Source of the DNA: Candidatus Latescibacterota bacterium
Lineage (GTDB): Bacteria > Latescibacterota > UBA2968 > GCA-2709665
Assembly: GCA_965205485.1 (NCBI GenBank)
Contig: OZ242180.1
Coordinates: forward strand, 3,168,001 to 3,232,000
Reading direction: 5' to 3'
Length of the DNA: 64,000 nt
Shown here: one piece after another, positions 57,150 to 64,000 of the stretch
Layout: the number at the start of each line of letters is the position of its first letter
How positions within the stretch are numbered: position 1 is the first letter of the stretch
Translations under genes and position numbers: made by a program
The notes under the pieces: generated by a model
The model's input: only the letters and a program-made list of their open reading frames with translations
Told to the model about the DNA's origin: nothing
The model's database searches: none

Positions 57150-58574
57150 ATGGCAGAACATGCCAACTTGTCGGTGATTCCTTCTGTTGACTCGGTAATG
57201 GCCGAACCTGAGGTGCGCGCGTTGTGCGAACGCTGCGACCAGCCGCTGGTTGCGCGTTTCGCGCGCGAGGAAATCCATGCCGTGCGGCAGTCCATACTCG
57301 CCGGTGACGCGATTGGGGAATCCCGGGACAAGCTCGTTGCGCGGGTAACGTACCGGGTCTGTCTGCGGGTGGAGCGATTGACCGAACCCGGTCTCAAGCG
57401 GGTTGTCAATGCCACGGGAATCGTGCTGCACACGAATCTCGGACGCGCGCCGCTGGCGGATGCCGCCTCCCGGGCGGTCGCCGGAATCGCGTCGGGGTAC
57501 AGCAATCTGGAGGCAGACCTTGAATCCGGCCGGCGCGGGTCCCGAACAGCGCTGGTTGAAGAACTGCTATGTGTGCTTACGGGCGCGGAGGCGGCGGCTG
57601 TGGTCAACAACAACGCGGCGGCCGTATTGTTGACCCTGAATACGCTTTGTCTGGGAAAAGAAGCGCTGGTCTCACGAGGCGAATTGATCGAGATCGGTGA
57701 TTCCTTTCGCATTCCGGAGATCATGGAGCGCAGCGGCGCGGTTCTGGTAGAGGTAGGCACAACCAACCGGACGCACCTGCGGGACTATGAGGCCGCGCTG
57801 ACAGACCGCGCCGGTCTGATGCTGGCGGTACACCCGAGCAACTACAGGGTGATGGGCTTTACAGCCGCGGTTTCACTCCCGGAGCTGGTTGCGCTGGGCG
57901 AAAGGCGAGGTGTGGCCGTGGTCCACGACCTCGGAGGGGGCGCGCTGGTGGACATGGGTGAGTTCGGTCTGCCGCACGAGCCCCTGGTATCGGAAAGCGT
58001 CGCGGTTGGCGCCGACGTGGTCACGTTCAGCGCTGACAAGGTGTTGGGCGGCCCCCAGGCGGGTATTCTGGTGGGGAGGGGAGACGCCGTCCGGAGAATC
58101 CGACAGAACCCGCTCATGCGGGCGCTGCGGTGCGGGAAGCTGACGTACGCCGCACTGGCGGCGACGTTGAGACTCTTTCTGAACCGGAAAGAACTTTTGC
58201 GGACGCATCCTGCGCTCGCGATGCTGGCCGAGCCTGTTTCGAGTCTGAAGCGGCGGGGCCGGCGGAGCCTGGCGCGGCTGAGCCGGCTGCACGACAGCGG
58301 GCTGCGGGTTGAACTGGTGGATTCGATTGCACAGACGGGCAGCGGCGCCATGCCCCTGGAGGAAATCGCCAGCGCGGCGTTATGCGTGTCTTTCGTCAAT
58401 GATGGGTCCGTGACCGACCTCGCGGCCCGGCTGCGTTCAAACGATCCGCCGGTCTTTGGATACGTGCGGGACGATCGGCTGTTTCTGGATCTGCGGACGG
58501 TGGCGTCCGGAGAGTTGCGCCTCGTCGAGGCCGCGCTTCGGCGCGCGGCGGGGATCGGTGTGGAGTCAACCTGA
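57150..58574 (+). CDS. selA: L-seryl-tRNA(Sec) selenium transferase
   Basis: VNATGIVLHTNLGRAPL, VNNNAAAV, SRGELIEIG.SFRIP, EVGTTNRTH, FSADKVLGGPQAG. Alternative start at 57126. Confidence 0.96.
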   Translation: MAEHANLSVIPSVDSVMAEPEVRALCERCDQPLVARFAREEIHAVRQSILAGDAIGESRDKLVARVTYRVCLRVERLTEPGLKRVVNATGIVLHTNLGRAPLADAASRAVAGIASGYSNLEADLESGRRGSRTALVEELLCVLTGAEAAAVVNNNAAAVLLTLNTLCLGKEALVSRGELIEIGDSFRIPEIMERSGAVLVEVGTTNRTHLRDYEAALTDRAGLMLAVHPSNYRVMGFTAAVSLPELVALGERRGVAVVHDLGGGALVDMGEFGLPHEPLVSESVAVGADVVTFSADKVLGGPQAGILVGRGDAVRRIRQNPLMRALRCGKLTYAALAATLRLFLNRKELLRTHPALAMLAEPVSSLKRRGRRSLARLSRLHDSGLRVELVDSIAQTGSGAMPLEEIASAALCVSFVNDGSVTDLAARLRSNDPPVFGYVRDDRLFLDLRTVASGELRLVEAALRRAAGIGVEST

Positions 58575-60472
58575 TGTCGCACGTGATCATCGGTACGGCA
58601 GGACATATCGATCATGGCAAGACCGCACTGATCAAGGCGCTCACAGGTATCGATACGGATACGCTCCCGCAGGAGAAGGATCGGGGCGTGACAATCGATA
58701 TCGGATTCGCGTATTGGAAGGACGATGTCACGATCATAGACGTGCCCGGTCATGAGCGGTTCGTGAAGAATATGGTGACCGGCGTGTGTACGGTGGATCT
58801 CGCCCTGTTCGTGGTCGCGGCAGACGACGGGGCCATGCCCCAGACGCGCGAACACCTGGGTATTCTGAATCTCCTGGGCGTGAGGCGGGGTGTTGTGGCG
58901 CTGAACAAGGTGGACCTGGTGGAGCCCGATTGGGCGGACCTGGTGGTGGAGGACCTGCGCGACCTGTTCGACGGCACGTTTCTGGATGGCGCTCCGATCG
59001 TACCGGTGTCCGCGGTGACCGGCGAGGGGATACAGAGGCTTGGGCAACTGCTGGAGGAAGAAATCGGGATGGTGGAGGCGCGCCCCGATGGCGGTGTGTT
59101 TCGTCTGCCGGTGGATCGGGTGTTCTCCGTCAGGGGATTCGGTACGGTTGTGACCGGCACCGTACTGTCAGGCCGGGTCCGGGCGAAGGACGTGGTGATG
59201 CTGCAGCCGGCGGACCAGGCCGTTCGGGTGCGCGGCGTTCAGGTGCACGGCAGGGACGTGGAGACCGCCCTTGTCGGCCACCGGGCGGCGATCAACCTGG
59301 CCGACGTAGAGGTGGATCAGGTCGCGCGGGGCGACCTTCTGGCGCAGCGGGGTTATTTCAGTTCCACCTATATGCTCGACGCGCGGCTGCGTCTGCTGAA
59401 GGATGCGCCGACGTCGCTGAAGAACCGGGCGCGGGTGCATCTGCACCTCGGCCCGCGCGACGTGCTGGCGCGCGTGGTTCTACTCGAAGCCGACGAGTTG
59501 CGCCCCGGCGAATCCCAACTGGTGCAGTTCCGCCTGGAGGAGCGCGGCGTGGCGGCCCGGGGCGACCGATTCGTGATCCGACGTTATTCGCCTGTGCAAA
59601 CACTGGGCGGAGGGGTGGTGCTGGATGCGCAGCCGGTCAAGCACCGCCGCTTTCGGGAGGACACGCTTGAACGTCTGCGCGGGTCCGAAGTTGAAGATCC
59701 GACCCATGTGTTGGGCCTTCGCCTGAAAGCCTCGGGTTTCCGGGCCCACCCCGCCCGTGATCTTGCGGCGGCGCTGGGGCTGTCTCTGTCGGAGACGGAC
59801 GATCGGCTGCAGGACCTGCTGGATACTGGAGCCGCATTCGGCTTTCGCCACGCGGGAGAGGACGTATACGTCCATACGGATTCGTGGCTGGCCCTGCTGA
59901 CACGGATTACGGAAGCGATGTCGATCTACCACCGGGCCAATCCTCTCAAGGCAGGAGTTTCACACAGCGAACTCCGCCCGCGGGTGGAGGGAAGGCCGCC
60001 GGCCGGTATCTTCGAGCGGGCAATCGACCATCTGCTCTCTGAGAAGGCACTGTTTCCCGTGGGCTCCCTGCTGCGACTCGCCGATCACAGGATCCGATTC
60101 TCGGGAGAACAGGGCCGGATCAGAGAAGAAATACTGGCGCTTCTGCAGGCGGGCCGCGCCGCGCCGCCCGACCTGAACGAGATTGGCGTTCACCTGGCGC
60201 AGGACGCCGTCGAAGTTCACGCCGTTGCGGCCGCCATGCAGGCGATGGGGGAGATCGTAAGGCTCGACGAGAATCTGATGTTTCCGCCGCGCACGCTCGA
60301 GGAGATTGAGCAGGGGCTGGTTTCTTTCCTGCAGCGGAACCGGGAAATGAGCGTTTCGGCTTTCCGCGATCTGGTGGGTACCACGCGCAAATACGCCGTT
60401 CCATTGTTGAACCATTTCGACAACAAGGGCGTCACCGTGAGAAAGGGGGACGTCCGGGTCCTTGCCGGGTAG
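58574..60472 (+). CDS. selB: Selenocysteine-specific elongation factor
   Basis: GTAGHIDHGKT, IDVPGHERF, NKVD, GFGTVVTGT, C-terminal winged helix TTRKYAVPLL..FD..G.T.R.GD.R. Confidence 0.96.
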   Translation: MSHVIIGTAGHIDHGKTALIKALTGIDTDTLPQEKDRGVTIDIGFAYWKDDVTIIDVPGHERFVKNMVTGVCTVDLALFVVAADDGAMPQTREHLGILNLLGVRRGVVALNKVDLVEPDWADLVVEDLRDLFDGTFLDGAPIVPVSAVTGEGIQRLGQLLEEEIGMVEARPDGGVFRLPVDRVFSVRGFGTVVTGTVLSGRVRAKDVVMLQPADQAVRVRGVQVHGRDVETALVGHRAAINLADVEVDQVARGDLLAQRGYFSSTYMLDARLRLLKDAPTSLKNRARVHLHLGPRDVLARVVLLEADELRPGESQLVQFRLEERGVAARGDRFVIRRYSPVQTLGGGVVLDAQPVKHRRFREDTLERLRGSEVEDPTHVLGLRLKASGFRAHPARDLAAALGLSLSETDDRLQDLLDTGAAFGFRHAGEDVYVHTDSWLALLTRITEAMSIYHRANPLKAGVSHSELRPRVEGRPPAGIFERAIDHLLSEKALFPVGSLLRLADHRIRFSGEQGRIREEILALLQAGRAAPPDLNEIGVHLAQDAVEVHAVAAAMQAMGEIVRLDENLMFPPRTLEEIEQGLVSFLQRNREMSVSAFRDLVGTTRKYAVPLLNHFDNKGVTVRKGDVRVLAG

Positions 60473-60601
60473 ATATGGGTTCCGGGCACGGGATCGTGTC
60501 GATTGACATTGCGCGGCTTTCAACGGCATTTCGTCTTCCGGGCGCGGTCTGTCCTCCAAGGCAGCCGGATCCCGGGATTGCCGAAAGCCCGCTCTTTGTG
60601 C

Positions 60602-60699
60602 GGGAGTGGATGGGGCACTGGTGGCCCTCGCGGGCTTCAAACCCGTTGCGGCGTGCTAATCACACGCTGGGTGGGTTCGATTCCCACACATTCCCGCCA
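60602..60699 (+). tRNA. selC: tRNA-Sec (anticodon TCA)
   Basis: GGGAGTG/CATTCCC acceptor stem, anticodon arm GCGGG-CTTCAAA-CCCGT, long variable arm CGGCGTG/CACGCTG, T-arm GTGGG-TTCGATT-CCCAC, G discriminator plus CCA. Directly after selB. Confidence 0.95.
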
Positions 60700-60705
60700 T
60701 TTTCG

Positions 60706-60737
60706 GAAGCGGAGGTCTCACACGGGGCCTCCGCTTC
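60706..60737 (+). terminator. Hairpin downstream of selC
   Basis: GAAGCGGAGGTCT / GGGCCTCCGCTTC stem. Confidence 0.55.
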
Positions 60738-60770
60738 TATCGACCTGTTGTTGATAGGGAAGCCTCGCGG

Positions 60771-62090
60771 ATGAATTTCCTGATGATCGCCGTCGACAGC
60801 CTGCGAGCGGATCGACTCGGATGCTACGGATACCACCGGCCCACCACGCCGTTCATCGATGCGTTTGCGGGCGGGTCGGTGGTGTTCGAGAACTGTTATG
60901 CGCCGTCCATTCCCACCCAACCCTCGTTTACGTGCACGTTCACCGGACAGTGGCCCACCACGCATGGGATCGTGGCGCACCGGGGCCGCTGGTCTCTGGG
61001 TAACGGCGCGCCCTTTCTGCCCGAATTCCTGCAGCGGGCCGGATACGCCACGGCCGCGGTAGACAATCTGGCGGAGCATCACAAACCCTGGTTTTCCCGG
61101 GGGTTCGACGTCTGTCTGAATCCGAGGGAGGCGGGAAGCTATCCCGAGTGCTTTCGGTTCAATGAACTGGCCGTCGACTGGCTGAAGGCCCATGGCAGAA
61201 AGCCGTTCTTTCTCTTCGTACACTATTGGGATCCTCACACGCCCTACATGCCTCCCGTGGCGTACAGGGACCTCTTTTATTCCGGCGATCCTACGGTAGA
61301 AAACAGGGGCAGTCTGGACGAATTCTACAGGCGGCCCCTGAGAAGCTGGTGGACGTCAGGCTGGCTCGGGCGGATGGCGTCAGAGTGGCCGGGTGCGGCG
61401 GCCGCGCAGATCACCGACATCGAATTCGTACGCAGCCAGTACGATGCCGAGGTGAGATGCGTAGACGACGGCATCCGGGAGTTGATGGGGGCGCTTGAAA
61501 AGCTGGGTGTCACGGAAGAAACCGCGGTGTTCATATTCAGCGACCACGGCGAGGAGCTTGGTGAGCACGGCATCTACTTCGATCACCATGGACTGTACGA
61601 AAGCGACATCCGCGTTCCACTGATTGTTCGGTGGCCCGGGGTCGAGGGCGATGGAAACCGGGTCCGATCTCTGGCTCAACACACGGATCTCGCGCCGACG
61701 GTACTCGAAGGCGCCGGGCTGCCGGTTCCGCGCGGGATGGACGGGCGTTCGCTGTTTCCATTGATACACGGCGGCCCGGATCGTGAAGCAGGGGAACTGC
61801 TGCTTTCGCAGGAATGCACGTGGATGGCGAAATGGGCCGTGCGTGAAGACGGGTGGAAGCTGATCGCCGCACTCGAGCCGGATTTTTACGGCAATCCCAT
61901 GCTGGAGCTGTATGACCTGAACGGCGATCCGTCGGAGCAGCGGAATCTGGCGAGGGAACTGCCCGGGAAGACGCGTGAGATGGGTGAAATCCTGGCCGTT
62001 GAATTGTCCCGGCGGCTGGCTCGAGCCGGCAGGACCCGGGACCCCGTCGAAGCGCATGGGATTACGCTCGGCAGGGAGATGTTTGCATGA
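60771..62090 (+). CDS. Sulfatase-like alkaline-phosphatase-superfamily hydrolase/transferase
   Basis: IAVDSLRADRLGCYGY..TTPFID, PTQPSF..FTG, HYWDPHTPY, FSDHGE, DHH.LYE, ELYDL..DPSE. Confidence 0.85.
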   Translation: MNFLMIAVDSLRADRLGCYGYHRPTTPFIDAFAGGSVVFENCYAPSIPTQPSFTCTFTGQWPTTHGIVAHRGRWSLGNGAPFLPEFLQRAGYATAAVDNLAEHHKPWFSRGFDVCLNPREAGSYPECFRFNELAVDWLKAHGRKPFFLFVHYWDPHTPYMPPVAYRDLFYSGDPTVENRGSLDEFYRRPLRSWWTSGWLGRMASEWPGAAAAQITDIEFVRSQYDAEVRCVDDGIRELMGALEKLGVTEETAVFIFSDHGEELGEHGIYFDHHGLYESDIRVPLIVRWPGVEGDGNRVRSLAQHTDLAPTVLEGAGLPVPRGMDGRSLFPLIHGGPDREAGELLLSQECTWMAKWAVREDGWKLIAALEPDFYGNPMLELYDLNGDPSEQRNLARELPGKTREMGEILAVELSRRLARAGRTRDPVEAHGITLGREMFA

Positions 62091-62147
62091 ATCCCGCCAG
62101 TTCTGTGTGGGCGGGCACCCTGGATCCACGTCATGGGACAGGATTTC

Positions 62148-62885
62148 ATGCGTAACTACAATGAGGTCGTTGAACGCACCGAGGCGCTTTCGCGGAGGGA
62201 TATCCGCATCGAAGTGCTGGATCGCGTTGCCGGCTATCCGGTATTTTGCGCAACCCTTCGTAAAGATTCGTCGCTTCCCGCAATCTACGTCAACGGTGGT
62301 ACCCACGGCGACGAGCCGGCGGGAACCGAGGCGGCTCTGGCCTTTCTGGAGACCGGCTGCGGGCAATGGCTGGATCGATTCCGGTTTTTCGTGATCCCCT
62401 GCCTGAATCCCTACGGATATGTTCACAATTCCCGGTCGAATGCGCAGGACGTGGACATCAACTGGGCATTTCTTCGTGAGGACGTACCGGAAATCTGCCT
62501 GCTGAAGGAGTTTATTCGGGGCAGGAAGTTCGCGGCGGTAATGGACCTGCACGAAGACTGGGAGAGCCCCGGGTACTATCTGTACGAACAGGTTCGTGAG
62601 ATGGCGCCCGCGGGACCCTCGATTACGAAACAGGTTTCCGGGTTCTGCCCGCTGAATACACAATCAGAAATCGAGGGGGAAACCGCAATGAACGGCGTGA
62701 TATTTCCGAATCAGGAGGTGGAAAAGCGGCGCCTGGGCGGCGGGGTGCCGATCGTATTGTTCAAACAGTCGTACACCGATCGTCTGATTACGTCGGAGAC
62801 GCCGTCGGCGCTGGACCTGGATGTACGTGTCCGGGCGCATCTGGTGGCGTTGGAGACAATGCTTGAAGTGCATGCCGGAGGATAG
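62148..62885 (+). CDS. M14-family zinc carboxypeptidase / AstE-AspA-like hydrolase
   Basis: GGTHGDE (HxxE), PCLNPYG, R.N....DIN, MDLHED, TSETP. Alternative start at 62133. Confidence 0.8.
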   Translation: MRNYNEVVERTEALSRRDIRIEVLDRVAGYPVFCATLRKDSSLPAIYVNGGTHGDEPAGTEAALAFLETGCGQWLDRFRFFVIPCLNPYGYVHNSRSNAQDVDINWAFLREDVPEICLLKEFIRGRKFAAVMDLHEDWESPGYYLYEQVREMAPAGPSITKQVSGFCPLNTQSEIEGETAMNGVIFPNQEVEKRRLGGGVPIVLFKQSYTDRLITSETPSALDLDVRVRAHLVALETMLEVHAGG

Positions 62886-62888
62886 CGC

Positions 62889-63353
62889 GTGGGATCGCTC
62901 GACCTGAAATCCGCGCGCATGAAGCGTGCATACATAATCAGCGCGGCGGAGGTGGTGGAGCCGCCGATGTCGGCCGAGGACTGGGCGGATTTTGAAAGAG
63001 GCGTAGCACTCTTCAACGGTTGGGAGCACTGGGAAAGCCACGAGGCCTGGGAGCAGGTGTGGCGCAGGCATGCCGAGCCGAGCCGGATTTTCTTTCAGGG
63101 TCTGATCCAGCTCGCGGCCGCGTATCATCAGCTTCGACGAGGAATCTACCACGGGACCGTAAAGCACTACAATAATTCATATTTCAAGCTGAAGCAGTTT
63201 CCCGCCCGCTTTCTGGGTGTGGACGTCGACGCGCTGAAACGAAGAATCGAGCAGGGGCTGACGGCGGTGGAGCGGCTGGGACCGGAAAGGATGTATGAAT
63301 TCCCGCGGGAACTCGTGGCGAAGGTGATTTACAGTCGGCCGCAGGACGGTTAG
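62889..63353 (+). CDS. DUF309-domain protein
   Basis: GVALFN...HWESHEAWEQVW...FFQGLIQLAAAYH. Confidence 0.85.
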   Translation: MGSLDLKSARMKRAYIISAAEVVEPPMSAEDWADFERGVALFNGWEHWESHEAWEQVWRRHAEPSRIFFQGLIQLAAAYHQLRRGIYHGTVKHYNNSYFKLKQFPARFLGVDVDALKRRIEQGLTAVERLGPERMYEFPRELVAKVIYSRPQDG

Positions 63354-63384
63354 CCATTCTCGGGGCACGACGTTCCCATGCAGA

Positions 63385-63416
63385 AGGAGCCCCGGACGTC
63401 CGCGTCCGGGGCTCCT
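63385..63416. terminator. Bidirectional terminator-like hairpin between convergent genes
   Basis: AGGAGCCCCGGACG-TCCG-CGTCCGGGGCTCCT, a 14-bp perfect stem. Confidence 0.65.
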
Positions 63417-63442
63417 GTCAATGAGTTTGACCGGCGCCGGAA

Positions 63443-64000
63443 TCAGCTGCCGTTTGCCCCGTTGTCGTAAAGCTGCGTAAAGAATTCGAGAGCCGCCCTG
63501 AACGACACCACCTTGACGACCCGTCCGCCCGGGTCGACGACCGGGATATGACGGTAGCCATGCAGGTCCATCAGATGCAACGCGTATCCGATGGGATCGG
63601 ACAATCTCATGGTTATCGGATTTGGCGTCATCACGTCTTCGACGCGCGCGGTTGCCAGATCGATGTCGCTGCCCACGACTTTTACGAAGAAGTCCCCTTC
63701 CGCAAGGATGCCTTGAAGGGCGACGCCGTCTTCGGAAACCAGAAGGCAACCGGCCTCTTTTTCCTCCATCAGAAGCATGGCTTCGAGCATTGAGGCCCGC
63801 GGTGCGATGAATTCCGGCGTGTGAAGTTTCACCGTCGAGATCGGATCGATGACCAGGCGCTCGAATTCGCCCTTCGGGTCTATCGGGTCCTCTCCTCCGA
63901 TTCCCGGAATGATGTCGGGGATGTCCGTTTCGATTTCCTCCTCCACGACGTCCCGCTCGATCGGTACGCTGTCCTCTTCCGAAACAACCCAGGTATCTGC
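63443..64000 (-). CDS. CBS-domain protein (possibly 5'-truncated by the window edge)
   Basis: Tandem CBS motifs (GCLLV..LQGILAEGD; VEDVMTPNP..GYRHIPVVD). The frame stays open to position 64000. Confidence 0.8.
   Translation of the reverse strand, partial: ADTWVVSEEDSVPIERDVVEEEIETDIPDIIPGIGGEDPIDPKGEFERLVIDPISTVKLHTPEFIAPRASMLEAMLLMEEKEAGCLLVSEDGVALQGILAEGDFFVKVVGSDIDLATARVEDVMTPNPITMRLSDPIGYALHLMDLHGYRHIPVVDPGGRVVKVVSFRAALEFFTQLYDNGANGS

Noticed and set aside
60503..60532. Dedicated selC promoter (TTGACA at 60503)
   Set aside because: No convincing -10 hexamer at 16-18 nt spacing.
2393..62090. Hidden selenoproteins via UGA read-through
   Set aside because: The TGA-ending genes I checked stop at family-typical C-termini, and I saw no Cys-aligned in-frame UGA. 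A bSECIS scan is needed to exclude short ones.
60602..64000. selC as an integration site for a genomic island
   Set aside because: No integrase, no duplicated tRNA 3' end seen in the window, and no evident composition shift downstream.

Overview
High-GC bacterial chromosomal window. Gene content (DUF6785 membrane protein, three GWxTD/TPR proteins, a PorV/PorQ-family barrel, a protein with a T9SS-type C-terminal domain, sulfatase-like, PhyH, CocE and WD40 genes) suggests a non-Bacteroidota FCB-group organism such as Latescibacterota. That assignment is inference. 2.4-27.5 kb is a co-oriented cell-envelope region. It holds a DUF3179 lipoprotein, two GWxTD/TPR proteins, and a promoter- and terminator-bounded operon (small OMP barrel, TonB-dependent receptor, CTD-bearing secreted protein, PorV-like barrel). 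It also holds a TMTC-like O-mannosyltransferase and two further GT-C-like membrane proteins. Next come a hicAB toxin-antitoxin pair and a catabolic run (28.5-51.7 kb) that includes one frameshifted gene. Housekeeping genes (arsC, purB, a Nudix hydrolase) sit within that run; mazG, a galU-like gene, a third GWxTD gene and selA-selB-selC (tRNA-Sec) follow. Intergenic DNA carries three repeat families: GTAG-type REP palindromes, a 190-bp TIR-bounded MITE-like element, and a 153-bp CTAG-flanked MITE. No CRISPR array, rRNA or transposase was seen. The best candidate for an undescribed system is the TBDR + CTD cargo + dedicated PorV module, embedded among GWxTD proteins and protein-glycosylation enzymes. 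All family calls come from motif recognition by eye, not from database searches.
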